In this document: in pieces, positions 1 to 8,839 of the stretch
Layout of the letters: each line of letters opens with the position of its first letter
Numbering within the stretch: the first letter of the stretch is position 1
NCBI GenBank assembly: GCA_039715075.1
Contig: JBDLIC010000003.1
Span: forward strand, 7 to 64,006
Length of the DNA stretch: 64,000 nt
Direction: 5' to 3'
Source: Nitrospirota bacterium
Lineage (GTDB): Bacteria; Nitrospirota; Thermodesulfovibrionia; UBA6902
The notes under the pieces: model-generated
Database searches by the model: none
Told to the model about the DNA's origin: nothing
What the model saw: the letters and a program-made list of their open reading frames with translations, nothing else
Program-made: the position numbers and the translations under genes

Positions 1-88
1 CCTCTTTGCCAAAGAGGGGAATACAGACTGCATGATCATTAATAAAGCTATTCTTTTGATGCCCCGCCTTGTAGGCGGGGAGCTTCAC
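1..88. repeat. Two-hairpin ~90-nt repeat element, copy A (left end cut by window edge)
   Basis: Hairpin cctcttt-gcc-aaagagg, AT-rich spacer, hairpin ccccgcc-ttgta-ggcgggg followed by agcttcac; near-identical to 57984..58074. Confidence 0.8.
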
Positions 89-412
89 TATAGTAAGTTA
101 TCCGCGCTGGGTGTTATTTGTTAAAAAAATATACAGGAATATTTTTCCACAGCTGTCAAATTTTTCCGGGGAAACAGATGTTTAAAAGCAAAAAGGTTGT
201 CTGCCAGAATGTGCAGTCCTGAAATATGTTCATTTTGAGGATTTGCGGTTGAAAATTGAGCATTAACAGATCTGATATTTTGAGCAGATGGGAAATGAGT
301 AGTACCCCTATGAGTCAATGAAATGGATGAATTTGAAAATCGTTTATTAAAATCAGAAAGTGTGATGATTCTGGAAAGAAAATAAGGGCTTAAATCAGCT
401 CAATCTTTTTTC

Positions 413-724
413 TTATGGCATATTCATAGACTTTAATAAGATAAGATGTATAGCCTGTTCATATTCCTCTATTGCCTCTGTGTGTCTACCAACTTTGGCA
501 TAAGCTTTTCCAAGACCAGAATGAGCTTTTACTTCCTCTGGATTAAGCCTTATTACTTCTTTGTATAAAACTATAGCCTCCGAGTATTGTCCTGAATTAT
601 AAAAATCATCTCCAGAACGCAACAAATTCTCTGTTGTTTTTTTGGTGTCCTTTGTTGTTGCACAACCAGAAATAAAAATCAAAAGCAATACTATCAAAAA
701 AGATTTTTTCAATATCACAATCAT
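413..724 (-). CDS. TPR-repeat lipoprotein
   Basis: Lipobox LIFISGC after hydrophobic N-terminus; TPR-like YSEAIVLYKEVIRLNPEEVKAHSGLGKAYAKVGRHTEAIEEY; AAGGA RBS upstream. Confidence 0.7.
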   Translation of the reverse strand: MIVILKKSFLIVLLLIFISGCATTKDTKKTTENLLRSGDDFYNSGQYSEAIVLYKEVIRLNPEEVKAHSGLGKAYAKVGRHTEAIEEYEQAIHLILLKSMNMP

Positions 725-819
725 AGTCCTTTACTATTCTAATCTTATTACTTTACGGCTTTTTAGACAAAAAATATAACTGCTAATATAATGAATTAAT
801 TTTTATATAATTTATTCCT

Positions 820-1098
820 TTAGTACTGACAACACCTATTACTAAACAATTTAATGAAGACGAACTTTCGCAGATTACTAAATGAAAGGTTTACTTGGGA
901 AGACCTAAATCTATTGATCTTTGAAATTAAAAATAAAGAACCTACTATAACAGCAGAAAACAATAGGAGTGTAAATAAAAGTTTGGGTTTGCGGAACAAC
1001 ATCAAAAGAAGTATTCCTGCCAGAGCAATTGCAATATATTTGTTATTTTGGAAATATTCAATAATACCAGAATATAATGTTGTGAAATCCAAATTCAT
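820..1098 (-). CDS. Small membrane protein (hypothetical)
   Basis: Two clear hydrophobic helices; the overlapping plus-strand ORF 854..1111 looks less protein-like; weak RBS. Confidence 0.35.
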   Translation of the reverse strand: MNLDFTTLYSGIIEYFQNNKYIAIALAGILLLMLFRKPKLLFTLLLFSAVIVGSLFLISKINRFRSSQVNLSFSNLRKFVFIKLFSNRCCQY

Positions 1099-1655
1099 CT
1101 CTATAATATAGTCACTCTTATTTCATTGCTAATTAAAAATTATTTTATCATAACTCCAGAATAACAAAAAGCACGGACATGATCAAATTTATAACATTTT
1201 AACCTGTTATCATTAGTTTTTTAATATCGGCAACATTAAAGAGAACAACTATTTATTAATGAAATGGAGTAATTTGAAAATCGTTTATTACTTTTTGAAA
1301 GTGAGCAGTTCTGAGTCTGGCTGGATTTCGTTTGTAAGTTGAAGTTATAAATAGTTTTGCTTCAATCCATATTCTGCAGATAGTCCGTTCTTATCTTCAT
1401 TTTTACCAGTTTCCCAAACAGCAAGATTATTTCCTGAAATAGAGAAAAAAAGGCGATAATATTTTCAAATAACTGTAGTAAATTCCATACACAATTAACC
1501 AAAAAAAATTATACTTAGAGGTTCTATTTAAAATATATTGTTTAAATTAAGGGAGTTATCATGACAATTATAATTGGCATGCTAGTTGCATGTAATGAAA
1601 TTACCACCTTCTTAAAGGTGGCAGATTTTTTGATGTCTCTAATAAAAAAATTAAA

Positions 1656-1857
1656 ATGGATGATATTAAAAAAGTATTGTTAGTCATTATTTGGTATAAT
1701 GTTCATTCTGAGTTTTTCTTTAGTAGCTTTTCAGGCAGAAGACACGACTAAGGGAAAATAGGCTGTTACCGAATCTGAAGATCCAGGCGAAATAAAGCTC
1801 GCTGCAGAATCTGGCAGATACGGTGAAGAAAAACCAACTGAGAAAAGCGGTCATTAA
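1656..1857 (+). pseudogene. Degraded paralog of the secreted repeat protein at 2688..2942
   Basis: Same signal-peptide DNA (aaaaaagtattgtt...tttttctttagtagc..ttcaggc.gaaga) and same 3-prime end (gagaaaagcggtcattaag) plus similar downstream flank, but with a 1-nt frameshift and an in-frame TAG. Confidence 0.7.
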
Positions 1858-1955
1858 GAAACTAAAAGATTATAACCATACTACATTTCATTAAAGAAAG
1901 AAAAATTAGCTAAAATTAAAACTGGAAACTTAAGATCCACTGGAGGTGTATCACT

Positions 1956-2426
1956 ATGCGATCAGTACATATTGTATTGCTGGCAATAATCCTTATTTTC
2001 TTTGCTCTAAATAATAATTCGTTGTATGCAAAGGAGAAAGGAGCTTTGGGGGCAGGAATAATTTTAGGAAAGCCTATCGGTCCAAATGTTAAATACTGGT
2101 TTAATTCTAATGCAGCAGTAGATTTTGGGCTGGGTTTTGATAAAGATTTCGTTGTTTATTCCGATTTCTTATGGCATGACTGGACAATCTTTCCTCAGCC
2201 CAGTAAGGGTGCACTTGCAGGCTATCTGGGGCTGGGCATTCGATATGAAGAGGAAAGTGAAGATGACGAGTTTGGTTTCAGGGCTGTCGCAGGTGTTGAT
2301 TATTGGCTCGCATCTCATCCAATCGAGTTTTTTCTGGAAATCGCTCCAGTCTTTCAAGTTACTCCAGATACAGATACTGATTTTGATGCTGGTGTTGGGT
2401 TGCGCTACTATTTTATGGGTCTTTAA
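1956..2426 (+). CDS. Small outer-membrane beta-barrel-like protein
   Basis: Signal peptide, alternating hydrophobic strands, Gly/aromatic-rich, ...GVGLRYYF near the C-terminus. Confidence 0.6.
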   Translation: MRSVHIVLLAIILIFFALNNNSLYAKEKGALGAGIILGKPIGPNVKYWFNSNAAVDFGLGFDKDFVVYSDFLWHDWTIFPQPSKGALAGYLGLGIRYEEESEDDEFGFRAVAGVDYWLASHPIEFFLEIAPVFQVTPDTDTDFDAGVGLRYYFMGL

Positions 2427-2687
2427 TCGTTCATCTCTCTTATCCATTATGTATATGTTGAGAAAAATATTCGGCAGTCTAACAGGCCATTGAAGCTACA
2501 ATATCAGGTTCAATTAAAACTAGCGAAAATTCAAATGAAAGCCTCAATTTAAAGGTGAACAAAATCTGATTAAAAATATCAAATTTATTGCAGACATTGC
2601 GATGTATTAAAGTATTGCCGTTGTAATTAGTTTATTAATCATAACAGGGTATTCCACCCTTAATCTTTTAGAAAGGAGGATAATTAA

Positions 2688-2942
2688 ATGAAAAAAGTAT
2701 TGTTGGTGCTTATGGGTATTATGTTAGTTCTAAGTTTTTCTTTAGTAGCACTTCAGGCGGAAGAGACGGTTAAGGGTAAAGAGACCGCTGCTGAAGCAAG
2801 CGAAGAAGGTAAAACAAAGGCTGCTGAAGCAAGCGAAGAAGGTAAAGCAAAAGCTGCTGAAGCAAGCGAAGAAGGTAAAGCAAAAGCTGCTGAAGCAAGC
2901 GAAGAAGGTAAAGCAAAAGCTGCTGAGAAAAGCGGTCATTAA
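2688..2942 (+). CDS. Secreted protein with tandem AAEASEEGKAK repeats
   Basis: AGGAGG RBS, signal peptide MKKVLLVLMGIMLVLSFSLVALQA, four exact or near-exact 11-aa repeats. Confidence 0.75.
   Translation: MKKVLLVLMGIMLVLSFSLVALQAEETVKGKETAAEASEEGKTKAAEASEEGKAKAAEASEEGKAKAAEASEEGKAKAAEKSGH
2787..2918 (+). repeat. 33-bp tandem repeat x4 inside CDS
   Basis: gctgctgaagcaagcgaagaaggtaaagcaaaa repeated head-to-tail; first unit differs at two bases. Confidence 0.95.
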
Positions 2943-2993
2943 GAGACTGAAAGATTATCATTCTACTAAATTTCTTTAAATAAGGAGTCCTAT

Positions 2994-3296
2994 ATGACGA
3001 AAAGACTTGGGATTATAATCCTTTCCTTGACGCTGGCTTTTTCTCTTATTCTAACCATAGGCTGTCAGAAGGCGAAAGAAAATACAGAAGTGGTCAAAGA
3101 GAAAGCCACAGACACCACAGCAGAGATTAAAGAAGAGGTCTCAGAAGCCATGGAAGATGTCAAGGAGAAAGTCGTGGAAACTGCAGGCGAAGTCAAGGGA
3201 AAAGTGATAGAAACCACAGCAGACATTAAAGAAGAGTCTGGCGAAACGCTGCAAGAAGTAAAGGAAGCAGCCAAAGAAGCAACAGGCTCCAAATAA
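2994..3296 (+). CDS. Lipoprotein with Glu/Lys/Val-rich amphipathic repeats
   Basis: AGGAG RBS, lipobox LTIGC, degenerate repeats (EIKEEVSEAMEDVKEKVVETAGEVKGKVIETTADIKEE). Confidence 0.7.
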   Translation: MTKRLGIIILSLTLAFSLILTIGCQKAKENTEVVKEKATDTTAEIKEEVSEAMEDVKEKVVETAGEVKGKVIETTADIKEESGETLQEVKEAAKEATGSK

Positions 3297-3353
3297 CTAT
3301 TCTTTAAAGAATAGTTAGCTCAAACTATAAAACTGAAAACTTGATTTATTTGA

Positions 3354-3380
3354 GGGCTTGAATATTCAAGCCCTTTTTTT
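3354..3380 (+). terminator. Rho-independent terminator
   Basis: gggcttgaa-tat-ttcaagccc stem followed by T7 run. Confidence 0.8.
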
Positions 3381-3657
3381 CTTTCTTTCAAGGGGCTGGT
3401 TTATACAGGACATTGAGAGAGATTTCAGGGATGTTATTATTCCATCCATGGCTTCAAACGTTGTGGGAACACCGAGTAATGCAAGCTCTCCAGATGTTTC
3501 AGCTATTCCGGTTTCGTGCGCTGTTTGACCGGTTGAAATGCCTGAAACAATTTAAACTGTTGTGATTATTATTTGCACTTCTATTCTTTTCTGCTTTTAA
3601 CAGTACTTATGAAATTGTTAATATATGCCGTATAAACAATTTATGGAGAGGACATCC

Positions 3658-4692
3658 ATGACAGAGCTACATTTTAAAAGGACCAACAATTCAGTTGACG
3701 AGGCTATAGACAGCTTGATCGGTATGGTTGACGGCATTGAAGAACCGGGACTGATGCGTGAGATGATAATCGCCGCTCTCAAGGCCGGCCAGGAAAAACA
3801 GAACAGGGCGGACCTGAAGCTTATGAATGCCACTATGAAAGAAATGCGCTTTACAGGGAAAATATTCGGGCCCTATCGTAATGTGCGAAAAGTTACTGTC
3901 TTTGGCTCTGCCCGGACCCGGCCGGAAGAACCGATTTATGAAATGGCCCGTCTGTTTGGAGAGAAACTGGCAGGCGCTGGGTACATGGTTATAACAGGGG
4001 GCGGATCGGGTATAATGCAGGCTGCAAATGAGGGTGCCGGACCAGAGCATTCATTTGGCGTTAATATTATGCTGCCCTTTGAACAGCAGCCGAACCCGGT
4101 ACTTATAGGCAATCCCCGGCTTATCACATTTAAATATTTTTTCAACAGAAAGGTTGCCTTCCTTAAGGAAGCTGACGCAGTCGCGCTGTTTCCGGGAGGA
4201 TTCGGTACGCTTGATGAGGCAATGGAGACACTCACATTATTGCAGAACGGGAAAAACCTGCCCCTTCCGCTATTACTCATAGAAGAACCTGATGGCACCT
4301 ACTGGGATCGGTGCATCCGTTTTTTTAAAAAGGAACTTCTCGAGCCGAACTATATAAGTGATGGTGATTTTGATCTGTTTGAATGTGTTCATTCGGTTGA
4401 TGAGGCCATAGCGAGGATTAACCACTTTTACAGCCGTTATCACAGTATGCGGTATGTGAACGCGAAGCTGGTGATAAGGCTTTTATCTCCCCTGGACGGG
4501 TACTCTGTCGGGAAACTTACTGAAGATTTTACTGATATTCTCAATCCAGGCAGCAGGATTGAGCTCTCGGAGCCGCTGCCTCAAGAAGCTGATGAACCGG
4601 AGATCAATGACCTGTCGCGCATTATAGTAGATTTCAATCTTTCGGACTTTGGAAGGTTAAGGGCTCTTATCAATGAAATCAATGATTTCTAG
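3658..4692 (+). CDS. LOG/TIGR00730-family (PpnN-like) nucleotide nucleosidase with C-terminal extension
   Basis: GGGSGIMQAANEGA and PGGFGTLDE motifs; start moved to ATG 3658, behind a GGAGAGG RBS. Confidence 0.75.
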   Translation: MTELHFKRTNNSVDEAIDSLIGMVDGIEEPGLMREMIIAALKAGQEKQNRADLKLMNATMKEMRFTGKIFGPYRNVRKVTVFGSARTRPEEPIYEMARLFGEKLAGAGYMVITGGGSGIMQAANEGAGPEHSFGVNIMLPFEQQPNPVLIGNPRLITFKYFFNRKVAFLKEADAVALFPGGFGTLDEAMETLTLLQNGKNLPLPLLLIEEPDGTYWDRCIRFFKKELLEPNYISDGDFDLFECVHSVDEAIARINHFYSRYHSMRYVNAKLVIRLLSPLDGYSVGKLTEDFTDILNPGSRIELSEPLPQEADEPEINDLSRIIVDFNLSDFGRLRALINEINDF

Positions 4693-4693
4693 T

Positions 4694-4781
4694 GCGGAAG
4701 TTCGAAAGCGCGGAAGTTTAAAGACAACAAAGGCGACCCTTAGGGTCGCCCTTTTTTTTAACTTCCGCGCTTCCGCGCTTT
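4694..4781. repeat. Nested-palindrome repeat element with bidirectional terminator core, copy 1
   Basis: Outer arms gcggaagtt.../...aacttccgcgc enclose ggcgaccc-tta-gggtcgcc + T8; second copy at 11281..11366; lies between convergent genes. Confidence 0.85.
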
Positions 4782-4786
4782 CCCAC

Positions 4787-6316
4787 TTACCCGCTGTCTT
4801 TACTGTTTCTTCCGTAAATCCGGGTTGTTTCTGTTAATTCATTTATTAGAGAAGGAGAAAGCTGTTCAGAGGTGAGCCTCCATTGCCAGTTTCCTGTTGG
4901 GCTTGCAGGAAGGTTCATTCTGTCCTTTTCGCCCAGACCCAGGATGTCCTGCATGGGTATAATAACGATGTCAGCAACAGACATCATGGCGAGTCTGATG
5001 ATCTCCTTATGTATTGTTTTTTCAGTTACATCCCTGCCTAAATAGTTGGAGATCCTTTTTTTGCCTTCTGGATTCAGTTCCTTGCGAAACCAGCCTTTAA
5101 TAGTATTGTTGTCATGTGTTCCTGTGTAGACAATACAGTTCTTCTTATGGTTATGAGGGGCGTATGGATTGGTCGGGAGATCATCTCCAAAGGCGAAAAG
5201 CAGCACCTTCATTCCGGGGAAACTGAAATTTTTCATGACATCCCTGACATCAGGAGTAATGACCCCCAGGTCTTCGGCAATAATGAAGATATCCGGGAAA
5301 TGTTTCAGCAGAGTGTTGAAAAAATCCTTTGCAGGCGCCTGTACCCATTTGCCGTTTATGGCGGTCTTTTCGCTCGAATGCACCTCCCAGTAACCGACAA
5401 ACCCCCTGAAGTGGTCAAGCCTGAACATATGAAAAAGTTTGAGGTTATGTTCGACCCGTCGTATCCACCATGAATATCTGGTTTTCTTTAAAACATCCCA
5501 GTTGTAAACCGGATGGCCCCACAGCTGGCCTGTTGAGCTGAAGTAATCAGGTGGGACACCCGCTACATACACAGGCTTTTTGTCTTTATCGAGACTGAAG
5601 ATCTCCGGGTTTGCCCAGACATCCGCGCTGTCGTAATTGACATAAATAGGGATGTCCCCGAATATCTTTATCCCTTTACTTTCACAGTAAGTCATTAATT
5701 GAGACCATTGAGTGAAAAACACATACTGAAGAAATTTCTCTTTTAATATGTGGGTGCCAAGTTTTTCCGAATATTCAGCAAGAGCGCTTTTTTTTCTGTC
5801 CCGGAGTTCGCCTGGCCATTCGCTCCATACTATTCCGTCAAGATGGTTTTTTATTGAAATAAAAAGAGTGTAATCATCCAGCCAGTGCGCGTTCTCATTA
5901 CAGAACCTCTGGAACTCCTTATTGCTCTGCAGTTTTGCGCTGTTCTTTTCATATGTCTGATCAAACAGGTTGTTTTTGAACTTGATAACAGCATCATAAT
6001 CGACCCTGCCTGCAGGAAAGGAGGGGATGTTTTTAATGTCCTCTGAAGATAAAAGTCCATGATTTACCATCTGATCGGGACTTATTAATAGATGATTGCC
6101 GGCAAAAGCGGAAAAGCTGCTGTAGGGAGAATTGCCGTATGCAGGACAGGTTATATTCAAAGGGAGTATCTGCCAGTATTTCTGGTTTGACTCAGCAAGA
6201 AAATCAGCGAACTTGTATGCACTATTTCCCATGTCTCCAATGCCGTACGGTGAGGGCAGGGAGGTTAGATGCAGGAGTAATCCGCTGCCTCTTTTATTTG
6301 AACTGTTTTTGCCCAT
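4787..6316 (-). CDS. malQ: 4-alpha-glucanotransferase (amylomaltase, GH77)
   Basis: N-terminal GLLLHLTSLPSPYGIGDMG signature and full-length GH77-like sequence. Confidence 0.9.
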   Translation of the reverse strand: MGKNSSNKRGSGLLLHLTSLPSPYGIGDMGNSAYKFADFLAESNQKYWQILPLNITCPAYGNSPYSSFSAFAGNHLLISPDQMVNHGLLSSEDIKNIPSFPAGRVDYDAVIKFKNNLFDQTYEKNSAKLQSNKEFQRFCNENAHWLDDYTLFISIKNHLDGIVWSEWPGELRDRKKSALAEYSEKLGTHILKEKFLQYVFFTQWSQLMTYCESKGIKIFGDIPIYVNYDSADVWANPEIFSLDKDKKPVYVAGVPPDYFSSTGQLWGHPVYNWDVLKKTRYSWWIRRVEHNLKLFHMFRLDHFRGFVGYWEVHSSEKTAINGKWVQAPAKDFFNTLLKHFPDIFIIAEDLGVITPDVRDVMKNFSFPGMKVLLFAFGDDLPTNPYAPHNHKKNCIVYTGTHDNNTIKGWFRKELNPEGKKRISNYLGRDVTEKTIHKEIIRLAMMSVADIVIIPMQDILGLGEKDRMNLPASPTGNWQWRLTSEQLSPSLINELTETTRIYGRNSKDSG

Positions 6317-6323
6317 AGCTTAT

Positions 6324-8741
6324 CTAAATCTTTACATGAAGATGTTCGCCAAGGTTAAGAAACAACCTGACCCAGGTTTCAGCATCCTCATTTTTTTTGT
6401 CCGCCTTCTTTTTCATTGTGTTATAGAAATTCATCCCTATCGAAAAATAGATGTTCTGGGCCTTCCAGAGATCCAGCGAGAAATGCAGCGGTGTTAATGC
6501 TGCCAGCGCATCATCCAGTTTTTGTACCAGCTCCAGATTTTCCGGTTCTTCGTTCAGGCTTTCCATTGTTGAGTTGACCCATGTGGTGGCGTTATAACCT
6601 ATAGTGGTTGTATCAAGCTTTATGGACCATCTTTTTGTTTCATCAATCAGTCTTCTCAGTTTTTCAACCTCCAGGCCATTTTCGAAAAGTTTTTTTAAAT
6701 CCGTGTTTATTACATATTCTGCAGCAGATAAAAAGGGCCTGGGCAGGCGCTGCTGCAGGCTGTGGTAATAATTCATAATTGCGGAATTGTTTTCATAAAT
6801 CTGCCGGTAGGAAGCTTCGACTCCCTCATATGTGAGTTGAAGTATCTCATCGAGGACCTTCCGCTGTTCATCTTTGAACAGGTGCCAGAGTGAGTAGATT
6901 TCATCATTGAAATGTTTGCCCATGAGTCTTATTATCTCAGGTACATCTCCTTTTTCAAAGGACTCGATAATTTCGGACTGCATGGCAGAGAAGTCCTTTT
7001 CCCCGGGAAAAGACTTGACCCCGGCATTAATATTGTGGTCACCGAGATGCAGTACGGCAAAACTGATTGTTTTTCCTTCCCAGGTTATATTAGAGCGTAT
7101 ATCTGCTTTTCCAATTGCGAGCTTAAGCTTTCCTGCCTCCAGTTTGTTATACATTTCGCTTTTTGCTGTATAGCAGAATATCTTAATATTTTCCGGATAC
7201 TCCTGGAAGATGGAGGAAATGCTGTAATGTGCACCAACACGGAGCAGGTCGGTTTTTGCGGATTTAACATACATTTCATACGGTTCAGCCGCATTCTTGA
7301 ATATGTTGCTCGGAGTTTTAGCAAGGTAATTCGAAAATTCTTTTTCAAACATTGAGCCGTTCATTTCTTCTGCATACTGAATGGCTTTTGAAGCATACTG
7401 GATTATCTGTACTGTTTCGATGCCGGAGACTTCATCAAAGAACCATCCGCAGCTGGTGTACATCAGCATTGCATTCCTTTGTGTTTCGAGCAGTTTTAAT
7501 ACTTTGATCTGTTCCTCGTCTGAAAGCTTCCTGACAGCGTGTTTTTCCAGGAAAATATTGATGTTTTCATGTGACCTGTCAAATATGACTTCAATGTAGT
7601 CGTTTCTGGCGTCCCAGGGGTTTTTGAGATATTTTGCTGCTTCTTCGGTAAATATATTTATGAGATTGTCTCTCAGCCAGTCTAAAGCATTCCTTAATGG
7701 TTTTCTCCAATCCTGTGTCCAGCCCTGGTTCATTCCGGAGTGGCACCCGCAATTGTCCTTCCATCTTTCTATTCCGTGTACACAACTCCATGAAGAGTTT
7801 TCAAATATCTCAACCACATGAGTTGGCGGATGATTTTGGAGGAATTCGCTGTAGTTCGTTATTTGGGCCAGGTTATTGGATTCAATATGGTGAAGGGCAT
7901 AGGAAAGGGCCATGTCGCCGTGACGGTGATGATGCCCGAAAGTCTCTCCATCAGTTGCCAGGTGTACTAACTGCGGCCTGTTTCTCTGATCGTTAAAGGC
8001 GGACATAAGTCTGTTTGCCAGGGTCTCTCCGTTTTTCAGCAGGTTGCCAAAGGAGATATTCTGGGAAATCGGCCCGTCATAGAAAAAGAGATTTATTGAT
8101 CTGCCGGAGGGCAGAATGCACTGGTATGGCATTGTAGGATCAATTTTTTCCCCGCTTACATCGCGCCATCTTTTTGCGTCTCCCAGTTTTCTCGTTTTTT
8201 TTGCCTGCTGCGGCGCGAGGATTGTAAATTTTATCCCGAGGCTGACAAGCACCTCAAGGGTCTCTTTATCAACCGCTGCTTCCGGCAGCCACATTCCTTC
8301 GGGGAATCTTTTGAATCGTTTCTGGAAGTCCTTTATCCCCCATATTATCTGTGTATACTTGTCCCTCCTGTTTGCGAGGGGCATGATCATATGGTTATAT
8401 GCATGGGCAATTGCCGAGCCGTGTCCGGAGAACCTCTCCATACTAAGCCGGTCGGCCTCGATTATCTCATCATATACATCCGGTTTATGTCTTTCGAGCC
8501 AGGACAGAAGAGTGGGGCCAAAGTCAAAGCTGATCTTTGAATATAAATTTACAATGTCGATAATACGTTCTTTTGAATCGAGTATACGGGAGGCTGCATT
8601 CGGAGCATAACATTCGGATGTGATTCTCTCATTCCAGTCATGGTAGGGATAGGCGCTGTCCTGAAATTCGATTTCTTCCAGCCAGGGGTTTTCTCTGGGC
8701 GGCTGGTAAAAGTGACCGTGAATACAAATGTGTTTGTTCAT
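6324..8741 (-). CDS. GH57-family glycoside hydrolase with long C-terminal domain
   Basis: HGHFYQPPRENPW N-terminal GH57 signature; 805 aa. Confidence 0.85.
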   Translation of the reverse strand: MNKHICIHGHFYQPPRENPWLEEIEFQDSAYPYHDWNERITSECYAPNAASRILDSKERIIDIVNLYSKISFDFGPTLLSWLERHKPDVYDEIIEADRLSMERFSGHGSAIAHAYNHMIMPLANRRDKYTQIIWGIKDFQKRFKRFPEGMWLPEAAVDKETLEVLVSLGIKFTILAPQQAKKTRKLGDAKRWRDVSGEKIDPTMPYQCILPSGRSINLFFYDGPISQNISFGNLLKNGETLANRLMSAFNDQRNRPQLVHLATDGETFGHHHRHGDMALSYALHHIESNNLAQITNYSEFLQNHPPTHVVEIFENSSWSCVHGIERWKDNCGCHSGMNQGWTQDWRKPLRNALDWLRDNLINIFTEEAAKYLKNPWDARNDYIEVIFDRSHENINIFLEKHAVRKLSDEEQIKVLKLLETQRNAMLMYTSCGWFFDEVSGIETVQIIQYASKAIQYAEEMNGSMFEKEFSNYLAKTPSNIFKNAAEPYEMYVKSAKTDLLRVGAHYSISSIFQEYPENIKIFCYTAKSEMYNKLEAGKLKLAIGKADIRSNITWEGKTISFAVLHLGDHNINAGVKSFPGEKDFSAMQSEIIESFEKGDVPEIIRLMGKHFNDEIYSLWHLFKDEQRKVLDEILQLTYEGVEASYRQIYENNSAIMNYYHSLQQRLPRPFLSAAEYVINTDLKKLFENGLEVEKLRRLIDETKRWSIKLDTTTIGYNATTWVNSTMESLNEEPENLELVQKLDDALAALTPLHFSLDLWKAQNIYFSIGMNFYNTMKKKADKKNEDAETWVRLFLNLGEHLHVKI

Positions 8742-8839
8742 ATATTAATGTTGTATTTTGTAGAGGCGTAGTATTATGCGCCCAAAGGTAAGGGCATATT
8801 TCAATGCGCTCATAAATAAGGGCATATTGCAATATGCCA

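Noticed and set aside
1-88. Orphan CRISPR repeat (gtgaagctccccgcctacaaggcggggcatcaaaag on the reverse strand)
   Set aside because: It occurs as single units at distant loci. Conservation extends well beyond repeat length into a second hairpin, and there are no spacers or cas genes.
121-318. 65-aa minus-strand ORF
   Set aside because: No RBS and a non-protein-like composition. It lies in a spacer next to repeat elements.
2742-2961. Two minus-strand ORFs across the 33-bp repeat
   Set aside because: These are open only because the tandem repeat lacks stops. The plus-strand gene has an RBS and a signal peptide.
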